A stretch of 64,000 nt of DNA from Mytilus trossulus (GCF_036588685.1 NC_086380.1:27590001-27654000), one strand, 5' to 3'. Numbered from the stretch's first letter, positions 24,048-38,581 are shown. The notes: generated by a model not told the origin, from the sequence alone. Numbers and translations: made by a program.

Positions 24048-25939
24048 AATGTTTTGTCATTTGATCGTCCTTGAATTATCTCAATTAAATATAAATAAAA
24101 GGCTGATGTGAACGTGTGTATCTGAATATGTTTCAATTATTAGTGCTTTCCCAAGAACGATAATTACATGCTCCATACGTCGTAACGATAATTCCCTTCC
24201 CTTTCATGAATGTGACCTACCGAATTAGACTATATACCGAATGTATTACCCCTAGTTTTTGGTGGGGTTCGTGTTGTTTATTCTTTAGTTTTCTATATGT
24301 TGTGGCATGTGCACTATTTTTTGTCTGTTTGTCTATTCATTTTTAGCTATGGCCTTGTCAGTTTATATTAGGTTTATGAGTTTGACTGCCCCTTTGGTAT
24401 TTTTCGTCCCTCTTTTAATCATCTTACATATAATAACAGTTATGCGTCAGAGTTACTAACACAGATTTAAGATGTTTCTTTTTCTCACAAGCTTTGCAAT
24501 AAATTAAAGAGCTATGTAAAAACTGTCCCTCTCCCTGTATATATATGGAGAGAATAATTGCTGAAGTTAATTATATTTAAACTGTATAGATATGCATATT
24601 GTGGTGCAGAATTTGCTTACCCTTTTGGAGCAACTGAGATCAACCCATTTGTTTTAGTAAGATTCGTATTGCTTAGTCTTTTGTTTTCTATGTAGCGTCA
24701 GTTTTCTTTGTCTATAAGTTCGAATGTCACTCTTGTATCGTTCGCCCCTCTCTGACTTTTTATAGATAAACTTTAAAGTATTTCTTTAAAGGTCCGCCCA
24801 TTGGTTCGTGTAGTTTGATATAAAGTAGCTAGCTGCTATCATTCATTAAAAAAGTAATCACATCGTCAATCCCATACTTTCAAATCGTTTATCTGAATTT
24901 ACCTCCATCATGAAAGCTCGAAGTCGAACAATTCAGACCAAGATTTATAGGGAACAAATAAGTTAAAACAGCTATGAACCAAAAATGAGCTAGAAATTTA
25001 ATGTTTACAATCGTGGTTCCAATAAATTATTTCAAAGCTATGGTAAGTATGTTCTTCTATGTATGCCTCATTTCATACGATGGACCGTCGGTATATGTTT
25101 CCTCAATTTATCCAACAATCTAATGTTTTTTTCTGAAAAATTATCAAAACCAATTGCGAAAATTCAATAGTATAATATCTTGAACATGATTAGTAAAAGA
25201 GAATGGACGCAGAATGACAAATAAAAAAATGGCTGTCAAATTCAAAACGATATTAAGGTTTACGAATAAGATATATTGGGATGATATTAATCCCGCTTGA
25301 AACTTAATATTATTTTTGAAGGATATAAAATCAAGAGTGAGATGACACCAGTGGCATGTAAATGTACCCTTTCAAATAGGTGAGCATACCATATATATGC
25401 AGGACTCAGAAGTGTAATGGTAAGGCTGAAGTATAATTAAGAAAAGGAAAACAATTTCACAGTAAATGTGTTTGATAATGCGTCTGTTTTATGTTCTCTT
25501 TTTAATCCAAACAAAGTAAAACAAAAGGGAGATGTAGTATGATTGCCCCGGAGAAAATTATCGATCGAAGTTGAATTCAAGTAAAAACATGCAATAATGG
25601 GCAGCCGTAGGCCCCGTAACAATAAGAAAATCCACATATCAAAGTGGGCAATAAAATGTCCCGACATAAAAACATAATACATATAAAGTCATATTTATCT
25701 ATAAAAACTTATTGTACGAGAAACAAATATGACAAACACTAACTATAAGCTCCTGCATTGGGACCGGAATGTGTCTGGGTTAAGACCAGAAACCATCCTG
25801 ACTAGATATAGCAGGGTATTTATACAACCCTAACAATGAAAAAGACACAACGGACATGTCTGCAAGTACTCACATGTACAGCTAGTTCAATGGCTTTAAC
25901 AACAATTAAAATCCGTCAAGTATATTTTATTATATATAT

Positions 25940-26335
25940 AATGGTGAAGTTGACATCATCCCTTCGTAAATTTTTAAGGACGCCATCACGAGTTGGTAAA
26001 CCGTTATGGAATAACCGTTTCACAAATGATATCGATAATGTTCGTTTACTTCGCAACTACAGTCCCCTTCCCTTTCATGAATGTAACCTACCGAATTAGA
26101 CTATTTACCAGATTTGTTATCACATAAGCAACATGTGGAACAGGATTTGCTTACCCTTCCGGAGCACCCGAAATTACTACTAGTTTTATGGGGCTCGTGT
26201 TGTTTATTCTTTAGTTTTCTATGTTGTGTCATGTGTACTATTGTGTGTCTGTTTGTCTTTTTTATTTTTAGCCATGGTGTTGTCAGTTTGTTTTAGATTT
26301 ATGAGTTTGACTGTCCCCTTGGTATCTTACTTCCC
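25940..26335 (+). mobile_element. Penelope-like element 3' fragment
   Basis: MVKLTSSLRKF..RHHELV.RYGITVSQMI matches the end of the 790-1062 ORF and is followed by the same tail as 490-800 in the opposite orientation. Confidence 0.75.
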
Positions 26336-26849
26336 ATTTTATTTATAAGAATATGAGGATTAGTTCTCAAACAAATCTAAATATTGCACAAGGTATATAA
26401 TTATAGGTCAAAGCACGGCACAAGGGATGTTGATTTTTATTTTTCTTGAACAACAATTAGAAACAGTCATGTATCTTTTATATATAAGAAGATGTGGTAT
26501 TAGTTCTCAAACCAAGACAAATGTTGCACACCATCACAACATTGTTTACCATAATGAAATATCTTTATCACAGATGATCATGGATACAATGTATGTTTCA
26601 TGGTCTTATTACAGTCTTATAACAGTTCCTTCCTTTTTTCATCGATTGTGAAGTTGCGAATGAGACTAATCACCGAAATAATTTACCATGAGCAACATAA
26701 AGAATGAAGCAGGATCATTTTATCCTTCTGAATACTTTAGATCAGATCTTTATTTTTGTTGGGGTCGTGTTGCTCAGTTTTTAGTTTACTTTTTGATGTT
26801 TTATGGATTTGTTTGTCTTTTCATCGTCTTTTGTATGTGTCATATATAT

Positions 26850-27345
26850 ATTTATTATACTTCACGTTAAAATGCCATATTTGCTAAGACGAGAGTGTCA
26901 ATTTACTCTAGCACATAGCTGAGAGGGTGACATTTTTTTTTTAATGTTACCCAATCAGAAATCGATAATTCAAAGAACAATAAATTGAATTTACATCAAG
27001 GAATTACATACAATGTTTAAGTTCTACGTTTTGGCTCAGATTTTGTTATCGACTGTTTAAATACATAAAATAAAACATCTTATTTGACTTTTGTTGTCTT
27101 TTTTTAATGCCCGTAGGTTGTTATGAACGTGACGCCATAGAAAATACTTTTAAAATAAAAGTAATCTGTAAAAACCAATAATCATAGGACATTCAGTAAA
27201 ATAAATTAAATAACACTTAGCTGAAAGGGTAATAGAGCAGATTGGAACCCCTCGAAAAGGCATTGTAAACCTTGGCTTCGCCACGGTTGACAATGTTTTC
27301 TCGGGGTACCAATCTGCTCTATCACCCTCTCAGCTATGTGTTTAG
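26850..27345. mobile_element. Non-autonomous element with terminal long hairpin
   Basis: 27211-27343 folds into a ~60-bp stem. A second copy lies in reverse orientation at 43446-43865. Confidence 0.65.
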
Positions 27346-27799
27346 TGTTACTACCACATATTTAACGTTCTTTTGTTTTATCTGCCTCTGTCTACTCTTG
27401 TTTAACAATTTTACAATACCTTAATGATTAATTCAAAAAGTGTGTTGCTTAATCGTTTCGTCGGTTTTCAAATTGCATATGTTTTGTAGATTTTAAACAC
27501 AATATACAACTTTAATTTTTCGTACAGTCATTCAATCTTAATTCAAATGCAATGAATCACACCTTTATATATATATAATTGTATATTTAGTGCATCCTGA
27601 TATAACATTTTTACATACATTAACACAAAGTCAATCAGCCAGCCTGCAAAGGCTTACGAAGGACTGTTAAGTAGGATCTTTAATTAACGCTAGTATCAAA
27701 AATATGAAATGTATACTTCAAGAAAAATTTTAAACAAGATTATTTATATGTCATGATAAGAAAGTAACTGAATCCTGATTTTTGAAATATTGATTATAT

Positions 27800-28750
27800 A
27801 GTTTGACACTAGTTTACAGTCGGTAGTAAGCAATTTAACGAGTAATTTGTCATCAGAAAGAACGGAAAGGTCTGTGTTCTTACGTTGCTGAAAATCACCA
27901 AAGGCATTGTTTCTTTCATAAAAATATAAAGGACATTGAACTAAAAAACAATGTGTGTCCTCAATGGATACATTGGCATTACAAACTTTACAAAACGTCT
28001 ATTTGCAATTAGTTTCGAATAGTTCCACAAGAAATTCTGACTAAAACCAATCTCTGTTGTCGTGTCATATGAGAGGTTATGTACTGCTGTGTTTCAAAGT
28101 TTGTTTCAAGACATTTGAAAGTTCAAAATTTTGGCATGTTCACAATATCAATTTCCATTTTTTTATAAGTTTTTGAAGGAGCAAAAATTATGTTTTAGTT
28201 TTTGTTAATTTGTCGCTTAGTACATTTTTGTAATTATCATGATTATTGTTCAACAGTTCAAAAAGTTTTTCAATCACTGATTTTAGCTCGTTGTACCATG
28301 TTTTCTAATATTTTTCTGAGAAAGTTGAATCCCATTGGAAAATACGATTCGGAATTCGACTTGCGTGCATACTTTCTATTCTATGACAAAGTGTTATTAT
28401 GTTACACTGGCAACGGATACAGGCAGGAGTCCAACCAATATCACCACAAATTGCCGGAATCGGACTACATTTCTCAAATCCCATAAATGTCTTGATTGCT
28501 CTGTTTTAAAGTCTTTCAATATTATCGTAAGGCTTGTTACCTCAAACACCTGATGCATAGTCCATGATTGGAATAACTGAACTTATAAGTAGTTCTGTGT
28601 ATGTTTCGTAATCAAAACCATCCACCAGAAAATATTCTGATGATCAGGCACCAAGTGCTCTACTACTAGTTGTAATGAGTTTGTTCACGCACTCGTTGTA
28701 TTCTAGAGTTTCAGATACTGTTAGTCCTAGGTATCAATATTTTGGTGTGC
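27800..28750 (-). mobile_element. Non-LTR retrotransposon (LINE) 3' remnant: RT C-terminus and CCHC region
   Basis: Minus strand YLGL...SRALG...SVIPIMDYASGV*G...NRAIKTFMG...AICGDIGW...SRIPNRIFQWD, then RFCKVCN...IEDTH...QCPLY, with stops. Confidence 0.7.
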
Positions 28751-30468
28751 ATGTGTCCTGTGTTTGAGGTGAAAAATTGTAAGGTCATTTAAGCGATACA
28801 TTGAGCGTAGGAGGCGAATTGTACCTGTTGAACGTGCTTACGAATATCTGTTTTCTGTTCTACTTTAACTATATTTGTGGCGTTTTTCTTACCGTTATAA
28901 CCCCCTTTTATTTTCAAGTTTGAATACGTTATCTATTATCGACGCTACAACTCAATTTAATCTAAACAGTAACGTTGAGAACTTCATTAATATAAAAATG
29001 AAAATGAATACAACACATATGCTAACAACAGTACAAGGAATATGATGCAGAGATTTGTCTTCTTATAGTTCATTTCATTCCCCCGGTTAATTATTTGTAA
29101 CCCAGATTTGTTTCACCCTCCTGATTTATGACTTTCGAACAGCAATATAGAACTGTTTTCCTTATCACGAATGTAGACATGTTTCCGTACATGTTGATAT
29201 ATATATACATTAAATCGACATTTTACTTATCCAATTGATGGCCGAGAGGTTTTATCGATGTGTTCATGAACTTTGAAAAATACGTGTTTTAATCGAGAAG
29301 AGTATTCCACCCCCAATCACAGGATGTTAAAGGTTTCTAAGTCGAAGATAAGTTTTAAAGTATATTCACTTGAACAGAAATTCGTTAACAAAGGGAATTA
29401 TTGTATATGATTTAATAGCTTCACTTACAGGCTAAATAAACGCTTGGTTGACAGGTTCAAGTCCCAGTAGTTGTTTAATTATATGTAAACTTTCTTAATT
29501 GTATCACCGAAAATATCTCAGAACTGGTTTTTTGATACAACACGGAATGTTAAAGTATTATTCATGTAAAAGAATAACCAGTGCATTATAGTTTATATCG
29601 AATGATAACTATGCTTAATTACTCGTTTTTGTTCAGGTGGCATTTGCAGCATTTTTTACAAAACAAATAAATTGTTCCTCTTCAATTCTCTTCTTTTCAC
29701 TGTAACAGCAATGTGTAACTATAAGTATTTTTCTAAAAACAGTTTATGGAAAAACCATAAAATGTATACAAAAAAAAATCTCTTCTATTTTATTAATGAG
29801 ATTTAAACATCGATCAAATAACTGTTTATGCACGTAATGTAATTAAATTCCTGTGAGTTCCGATAGTCTTCACATAGAAACATGGCCTTATCTTTACAAC
29901 TAGAACTCATTTTACATTTGACAGACATTACGTAAGATAACAACCGATGGAAAATCAAATACAATTACTTGATATTCTTACTTATTTTGAGGAACATGTA
30001 CACTGACATTATGTTTGAAAACTCGACAAACCTATTGACCAATCAACCAAACATTATATTTTTTTCTTGTTTCTGGTAGTCTTTACTTTAACTGTTACAT
30101 GAATTAAAGTGTTTTTAAATATTGATAATTACAATAAACCTGTTCTAGAGATTTAGAAAAATAGATTTTTGTACCATACAATCAATATCATTGTGCCATA
30201 ATAAATACATGATACCTTTAAAAGAGACGAATCTACAACACTACAACACTACAAATTACATAATACTTTGTATAACGTATATGTCAAAGAAGGGCAGATA
30301 TGAACTACACCTATAAGTCTAATCTTACATTGTCGAACTGAAGTTTTGTGAAAAAAAGATTTTAATTATACATTGTCTGATTGACGTATTGTTAAAAATA
30401 TAGTTTTCACTAACGTAATATTGCTACCAAATTTCATTTAAAAAAAGTCACCAAATACTCATCATTAA

Positions 30469-31059
30469 GGTGGTATGGGAGTCTAAAATAAAAATGAATT
30501 TGTTAATACTTTGCCAAACCATAGTATCTATTGGTATATGTTCAAAAATATAATAAAAATGATAGGTCACCGTGCATTTTCACAAGCTACAGGACAAAAC
30601 AAAATTACACATTGTGTATGGATCATACAGGAAAAAACACCATTTTGTGATTAGAAACTAAACAAAATGATAGAATTGTTAAATACTTTAGGAAAAGATA
30701 GCTTTCAGACAATGTTTTAAGAATTTCAAAAGAAAAGATAAAGTCACCGTACAGTTTTTCCGGCTTAAATACCAAATAGGAAAATTTCATGTAAATTCCT
30801 TCCGAAAATGCACTGTTTAAGAGTTACCTCCCCTTATAACACAACTTTTTTTTTTTTTTTTTTAAAACAACCAAAAATAATCAACATTTGCAAAAGTTTT
30901 AATATTTATAAGTTATATTCCTATAAATTGGTTCTTTTGAATGAAAATCACATTTAATATATGTATTTCTGCATCAAATTTTGCTAGCTTGATAGAAAAT
31001 CGGGACCTTTGGTTCTCTGTTTTTTGCAATCCAAGATTGAGGTAGACACCAATACCACC
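30469..31059. mobile_element. Kolobok-like non-autonomous element, 591 bp
   Basis: TTAA|GGTGGTATGGGAGTCTA ... TAGACACCAATACCACC|TTAA. Confidence 0.7.
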
Positions 31060-31496
31060 TTAAGGTTCAGTTATAGGGATGTTTACATATCCAATGTTAA
31101 AATGATAATTTTACTCCATAAAAAAAATGCCATGTTAATTGATGGCGTACGTGGTTTATTTCAGAAAACTGTTTAAATTTTCTAATTATAATACATAAAT
31201 CATAATATTATTTTCAACTTATAGCACACAGAAAGGCATGAACTTTTAATTTAACCCGAAAATTATGTCAATGAAAATAAAAGTTACAACATGTACAATG
31301 TAGAGAAACTCATAAAATTGTTATCCTAATACCTAAATAACATTTCCTGTTGACAGCTGTTCTTTTCATTTTGATTATACTAGAATTAATAATCAAACAT
31401 TTCCAGTCTGATTAAGCAAAATCTTTTACGTATATATGAATATATTGACAAATACTACATAATTGCATAACTGGTTTTGTAGTCTTGCTAGTCAAA

Positions 31497-31569
31497 ATGG
31501 ATGCCCGTCTTAGACTACTAGTGTTTTATTTTTTTGTAACAATTACCCTGTTCGAAGTAATACGAAAAA
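31497..31569 (+). CDS. Prokineticin/astakine-like protein, exon 1 (signal peptide)
   Basis: AAAATGG start context; encodes MDARLRLLVFYFFVTITLFEVIRK; strong phase-1 donor A|GTGAGT; TATA-like TATATATGAA at ~31432; frame-compatible with exon 2. The link across the 12.8-kb intron is inferred. Confidence 0.55.
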
Positions 31570-32254
31570 GTGAGTTTTAACTATAATGCGCTTTTCATGA
31601 ATGCTGGATATAATTTTATTTTTTAAATTATTTCGTATTTTTGGAATATTTAAATGTAATCAGGACTTCAAAACGTAGGTCTGACTGCGAACATATTACT
31701 GTGTAAGTACTTATTATTTGTGGGTATCACTTAATATGGTTTGGGCACAAGTTGCATGTGTGTCGTTTCTTTTTACTTGGATTTAAGTTTTCTGGGGGGG
31801 ACAATTTGAATGTTCTAGAACTAATATTCTTCAAATTAATTATAGCATATTGATTTGTGGGAAATTGTCCTATAGTTGTTAATGTTTGTGTCATTTTGGT
31901 CTTTTGTGGATAGTTGTCTCATTGGCAATCATACCACATCTTCTCTTTTAAATCATCACTGTGTATAAAATCTGTTAAAGGGATGATATCTATCTTATCA
32001 TTTGGAACCTTGGGTAAATGAGATTCGTTAAAGGCAACAATTATATATCAATAGACTAATGCATGTAAAGACAAACTCTGAGAAATGTCGTATCAACTAA
32101 GTTATATTAACTCTATATTTAGGACTTCCCAAACGTAGAAAAAGAATGTAAATATTTGTTAAGCTAAGATCATCTCGTAAAATTTGTTCTCGACCGATCT
32201 TCATTGGCAACCCGATTGAGAAAACACTTATAGTATAACTAATCGCCGTACTTT

Positions 32255-32625
32255 AATATAAAAAATAAGACAATGCGTTACCGAACGACGCATGAATTAA
32301 ACGAGTGCGCAGCACGAGTTTAATCCATAGCGGCGTTCGGTCACAAGTTGTATTATTTTTTATATTCAAATACGGCGAAAAGTTATACTTTTTATTACAT
32401 TGGCTAGTGGCTTTTTTTTTATGAAATCAAGGTAGAAAATGTAAGGAACTATATGTGTTTCCTACGCATTCACAATTTGTTTTGATTAGACGTTATCAAA
32501 GTCTTGACAACGCATATTGTTGTATGACGTCAGAGAGTAAAATAACCACGTTTATTTTACATGTGAAATTATCGGTTTTTATCTAACTGGGAAATCAATG
32601 TAATTTATTGAAACCAATGTAACAA
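32255..32625. mobile_element. Non-autonomous element with terminal long hairpin
   Basis: 32255-32370 forms a stem around CGAGTGCGCAGCACGAG. The right boundary is approximate. Confidence 0.5.
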
Positions 32626-32684
32626 ACACAGTTTACCTATTTTTCTCTATCGTACCTGAACCGAATTAGATTTATAATCATATA

Positions 32685-32850
32685 TTATCACTGTACTATT
32701 ATGCATATTTTAGGGGCCAGCTGAAGGACACCTACGGGTGCGGGAATTCTCAATACATTGAAGACCCATTGGTTGTCTTCGGCTGTTGTTTGCTCTATGG
32801 TCGGGTGTTTGTCGCTTTGACATATTCACCATTTCCTTTCTCAATTTTAT
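32685..32850 (+). repeat. Interspersed repeat (family D)
   Basis: TTTTAGGGGCCAGCTGAAGG...CATTTCCTTTCTCAATTTTATT also at 44655-44815; related sequence at ~11860 and ~49020. Confidence 0.75.
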
Positions 32851-33136
32851 TGTATTGAGCAAAAGTACCACGTATGGTGCCACATATGTAGAAGTATCTT
32901 TAAAAAAAATCTCGAACATCTGATATGAAACGCACAAATGGTGTCATAGTAAATGTTATTTCTTACGACATGTATATAAAGATTATCGCAAAACTCAAAA
33001 ATACTTCTTCGGCTTAATCGTGTCACTAACATTGCTATGCCCTTAAAACGCAGATGCTGATATTCGACATAAAACCACTTCCAACTAATAACAAATAAAT
33101 ATCCTTTGTTTCAATGTAATATTTGTGTCACTATAT

Positions 33137-34481
33137 GGGAGTTTTTCTATTAAAACGTACTTTCTTGTCCTAGCCACTTTAACAAAAATGTGTTTGATCT
33201 TTGCAAGTAATTTTTTGTGCAGTCAATACATTGAATTAGATTTAACATTTTAAAGTAAAGAAACATTATATGTTTTGGAGGGATTGATAAGATATTGATT
33301 CCTGAATGGTCCAAAACAACCAAAATACCATGCCCCTAGACCGCCTCTTCAACATTCATACTCTAAAATATCGTAAAAAAATGTAGAAATAATTGCTATT
33401 TAAACTGAATATAAAATCTTTAATAATTCAAAAGTATGTTTAGAGCCAACATATTTTAATAAACAGCTTTTAACATAGGATTTTAAACTTCAGAAGGTGT
33501 GTCCCTCACAAAATGTCCACTACGAAACGAAGTCATTAAAATTAGCTAATAAACAGTTTTATAAAATCGATGTAATTTTGGTTTGCAAGAGATTACACAT
33601 TAGGGTCTTTCAAAAGAAGTGATGTTTTATAACGTCAATAAATTGTTGGTAAGAAAAATTGAGCAAATCAAATGGACCAGAGTGATACCGTATTTTTTGT
33701 AATGTCCACTACGAAACGGGTCAAATCTCCTTCAGTATCTGGTTTTTAAATTATGAAAAAAATATCAGTGTACAGCTTAATACATGCTTTGATGAATACA
33801 ATCAGTCTTGTTACTATTGCAAATAAGGGATTGTTGGGAAAAAATAAAACATGTGAATACGTCCCCTACGAAAAGGTCACCTAAGAAACGAGTATGGGAG
33901 AAAAAACGTTTGGTAGTGGACACTACCACTACCATGCAGTATTTTTTATTCTTTTTTCAATTATATTTGTGCAAAACAAATAACAAGGTTTAGTTTCATG
34001 TATTTTTTATTGTGTTTTTATTAACATAGAATAGGGTTGATGTCAACTACGAAACTTTTGTCCACTACGAAACGGTTTTTTCAACTACGAAACGCAGCAA
34101 AATGTACACTACGTAACACGAGTTGTACCTTCATATGTGAAGCACTGTCTAATCTTTATCGATAAAAAATGGTTCTCCATTTCAGAAAAAAATAGTTTTT
34201 TTCTAGTATATTAGGTAAACAAGCTGGAAAGTATAAAGAAAACATTTAAATTGCAAAAATATGTGCGTTTAGAAGAAGTTTCGTTGGGGACAAAAGTCCC
34301 CTACGCCACAGACACAAATTATGAAAATAATATAATTTTAAAGAGTATTTAAGATTGCATGTTTTGTTTAGAAACAGGTCTATAATAGAGGTATTTAAAA
34401 TAACTCTTGAAATTAAATTTTAGACAAGTTGATTTTCCGTTTTTTTAGGTCTGAAAGTTACGCTTTAATTGAAAAACGCCC
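33137..34481. mobile_element. Non-autonomous TIR transposon with 4-bp TSD and internal motif array (Sola-like)
   Basis: ATAT|GGGAGTTTTTCTATTAAAACGTACTTTC ... GAAAGTTACGCTTTAATTGAAAAACGCCC|ATAT. About ten copies of GTCCACTACGAAAC in both orientations. Confidence 0.6.
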
Positions 34482-34581
34482 ATATACCGTATGCCGAGGT
34501 AAATATATAGTTTCTATTCTGCCTTTGATTATTGTATAAAAGGTTTACTTTCGAAATTACTTTAAAAAGTAACACACATTA

Positions 34582-37500
34582 TAGTCCGGCCGATCGGGGA
34601 AAAAATTGCTCAAATAATGAGGAAAGCACCAATTTTTGCATGATAGTACATTTTTGTGTACTGAGCAATATTAGCTATGGACCCATCCTCAGAATTCAAT
34701 ATGGCGGCTTATTTCAAGATGGCTGTCGTACGTTCTAAAATAATTTCCAGTATCGCACAAACCACAGTGGATTTGATGCTTGGTGCACACAAATCAACAT
34801 ATTTCAATGACTTGGTGTACTTAGCAAGATCTTGTTTTGATCTATTTTTGAAATACAAAATGGCCGCCGTGAAAAATAAGCAAATATTCATTATTGAGAA
34901 TTGACCTACATATAAGCATTTTATTGATGTAAAATGTCATTTGGTATCTGTCCCAGTTCTGTCCTTTCTGATTTTGCCTTGCTTGTTATTTCATACACAA
35001 AGAAGAAGCTTTCATAAAAAGCTGCAGTAAGAGCTCTAATTAAAAGCTGCACTATTTGTTGTCTTGGGTCACACATAAAAGCTATGATTTGGGATTTATC
35101 TGCCTTCAGAAATTATTCAGTGCCTATCTTATCTCTTGGTCGCAGTATTTTGCAATTTGAGACATTAAACTGTGAATTGGGAATCAGTTAAACACATATC
35201 AATGAAATGGCAGGAATTGAGGACAACAAGGACAAGAACATTGAAATGGCAGAAACTAAATCACTTGGGGATATTTAGAAACCCACAGCTGAAAACGCTT
35301 TAACAGAGGACAGCTCAGAAATGACTATTAAACAATTGTATCAAGAATATTTAACAGATAGAAAATCAAATGCTAAAAGAACAGCTGATAGTTACCGCAA
35401 TATAAAACAGAGCGAAGCGCGAATAGATAAAATATGTGTTGGTCTCATTGCGTGTCAAGCTGAACAGAAAGAGGCAATCAATATCAATAACAAACAGGTG
35501 GAAGCAATATCTCAGCAACTTCAGCTGTCTGAAGACAGGATTTACCACAAGGCTAGTAAAAATTGCTTGGCGGAATTGATGGTCAGACCAATAAGATATT
35601 CAATGTTGTGGTGAGACGAATGGACAAGCTGACAACAACTGAGGAAGGAGACACAGTTGTATTTCAAAGTGCATTTGAACAGCAGGGTACATTCCAACAA
35701 CTGGCATCTGTTAGCTGAATCAGTGGACAATCGAAATAAATAAGTTATGGACACATCATCTAAGCCAAAATTTGACCTTAGCCAGTACAACGCAAGTTTA
35801 CGAAAAGTACACATCAAAATCCATGCCGTGGGTCTTTCCACAAATGTAGTTCGCATGAACCATAAACCGCGCCAACTCTGTTGAAGGTGTCTTTACCTTA
35901 AGTCAAAAGTCCTATGTCAGGGCCCTTGGCCCTGCATGAGACAGTTCAAATTATTCAACAACAATCTCCATTTAAGAACATACTATAAACCTCTAGTACT
36001 ATTCAAGGATACCAGCAAAAGGCTAATGTGTCTTCTTACGCACACTAACCATATACTATGAGCCAATAATATTTGGTTCAGCTATCAGCAAACCATTACA
36101 GAAACAATTAGCTGCAAATGGATTCTATCAAGTTTCTCCAATGTTGAATGCAGTGCCTACTTACGGTATCATCCCCGTCGAGTCAATGTTAAATCCCACA
36201 TTTATCACTCCAATTATGACAACCTCGTCCGCTTCTTGAGCTCTAATTGCTTCCCATAACATCAAGTTGGCTCCATTGACCGATCCAGGAAAGGGCAGAG
36301 GAAAGAAAAAGAGTGTGACAACACCTCTTCTTCAAACTCTTCACTTGAGAGAGAATATACCATGTGGCAAGAAAATCTTTGTGCAAGAGACCAGATCCGA
36401 AGCCCAAAGCTGCCAACAAATCAAAAACTCAATTGAAGAGGATCCATCTCTTAGGAGGCGCTCATTTACCATTTTGAACGAACTGCCGGTAGATGACAAT
36501 GGGAAATCAGGGAAAATGTGTGTAAGCCCCAGATTGCCAGGTCGATGTTGGCTTTGAGTACGCTCGCATGGTAAACACAGATAATGATTCCAAGGCCTTA
36601 AAAAAGCATTCATTTGGAGCAGCGCTTCAGCAAGGAAGACGATCAAACCAGATTGGAACCAAAACATTCCATCGAGGATGTAAAGACAAATATTCTTCAA
36701 GGCATGTAATAGAGAGAAACCCAGAAACATTCAACAAGGCGTTAAAACAATTGAAAACCTCAAAAGCAAACCAGATGGCGATATATGGATAAAAAAGTGC
36801 CAATTATGACCATCGACCACCGATAAAGAAAATATGAGCAGTCCTTTGGATAATGAGTTGCATAACCTCACACAAATTGTCACAAAACTAGATGATGTTA
36901 TGCTTTCAACTAATCAGCATAACTTTGGATTGGCCAATCAATATAATCTCGGTTCTTCTGATAAAAAAATCATGGAAGATCACAAGTTCAATTGAAGATC
37001 ACCTGATCAATATAAACGTGGAACATCTTTTGAGCAATACAATTGCGGTAAATCGGCAGATAGAAGTACAACCAAGCTTACTGCCTATCGATCAGCAACA
37101 CCCCCACTAAGCTAGAGATCATATATTCCCTAAAGACAACGGTTATCATCTCCACGGACAAACTCCAGAAATCCCGAATATGTCAGACAACGGTCACCTT
37201 CACCAGGATACGGAGCAAATCAAAGTGTAATCTCAACAATGGAGCAAAAGATCGGGCCAGTAGGACAACTCAGATTCCAAAGTCTACTGGCCATGAAACA
37301 TCATCTTATCACGAAATCGAACAGAGGCCCACTGTCTCGTCCAATATTGTCATCAGACGAGTAATTTGAAAGAGCTTAGTAGTACGAGGTACTACACATG
37401 ACCAGAAGTTGAGCATGATTGTGGACACTGCTGAAATGATAACATTAGTAAATGAGAAATTAATTCCGGTAGAAAATGGAGATTTGGAGAACGTAACGCT

Positions 37501-38581
37501 ACGTGGTTTGGGTTAACAGCTTGTTAATGAGAAAATTATAAGGAACGACTCTCGACATTAGTAGAGTAAATATACAATGGGATGTGTGCAAAGAGCCATT
37601 AATAGACTATGTTATACTTAGGCTAGTTATTTTAGACACACTGATCGCAGTGATAAACCTGAGTACTCCTACAATTACCATTAACAATAAAGAGATAAAT
37701 GCGTCATTTGTTAATAGTGGAAATGAGTTCAACTCAGCTAGTTTCCATAAAACGAACCATCACAGTTCCGCCAAATTCAAACATGACTGTTACCATTAAA
37801 ACTAATAACAGTGCTGACCAGGATTGCATTTTAGGACCATACTAGCTGAAATGTTGCAAATTGGTTACGCACGTAGTTGGAAAAGGAAATAGTTGCCCCT
37901 TAATCATTTTAAATGATGGCAATCGTCTAATCCGCCTGAAGAACGGTACACCTATTGATTACATAGAATATTTTGACGATGTAGTGGGTACGGCAGATGC
38001 AAACGAGATAAGTGACGTAAGACGTGGCATTGAAGAGACACGAGTCAAGGTGCCCTCGGCACTGCCTCAATGTTCAGATGAGTTACCTACTATTCCACCA
38101 CATTTAACCGACCTTTATTAACGTCAATCGACTCGTTTCAACCTATTTCCTTCCAACCATTAAAACTGAAAGCGTTTAAAGAACAATTACAATAACATGT
38201 TACATTAGGATATTGATTAACATTTTGAATTTCACTATTTGTTTTTGTATATGCAGCTATATTTGCAACTAATGTGTTATAGAAATACCCAAATTATTTG
38301 TTTTATACTTTAGAATTAATTGATAACAAATTTAAGAACATGAAGTCTATTTTTAAAGAATCATTACTTTAATTTCCGAAATTATATAGAATACTTTTAG
38401 GACAATCTTGAATTTTATACCGTTTTTCCGCCATCTTGAAAATGGCAGCCATATTGGATTAACAGAGTGGGTCCATAGCTGAAATCAAAGGGTATATTAC
38501 CAAGAACTGCTATGCAGAGTTTCATGCTTTCCTCATCAAGTGAGCAATTATGTTCTATATCTGCATCAATCGGCCGGACTA
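34582..38581. mobile_element. Academ-like TIR element (4000 bp)
   Basis: Termini TAGTCCGGCCGAT / ATCGGCCGGACTA; imperfect inverted similarity over ~150 bp (GAGGAAAGCA, AGCTATGGACCCA, CAATATGGC, TTTCAAGATGGC); 3-bp TSD TTA. Confidence 0.7.
35200..38130 (+). pseudogene. Decayed Gypsy/Ty3 gag-protease sequence inside the Academ-like element
   Basis: Gag-like FHRGCKDK..RHVIERNPETFNKALKQLKTSKANQMAIYG; retropepsin motif MIVDTAEMITLV (~37415); WDVC..PL.DYVIL.L..L...A.INL; ends at IPPHLTDLY just before where RT would begin. Many stops and frameshifts. Confidence 0.6.

Noticed and set aside
31497-31569. Alternative first exon of the Ig gene (phase-compatible with 54317)
   Set aside because: The Ig gene has a nearer candidate (51702-51756), and this exon is needed by the intervening prokineticin-like gene. 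Not formally excluded without transcripts.
33510-34310. GTCCACTACGAAAC motifs as a CRISPR-like or regulatory array
   Set aside because: Irregular spacing, both orientations, and enclosed by transposon TIRs.
35321-38121. Cluster of short ORFs as host genes
   Set aside because: Fragments of a decayed Gypsy gag-protease region.
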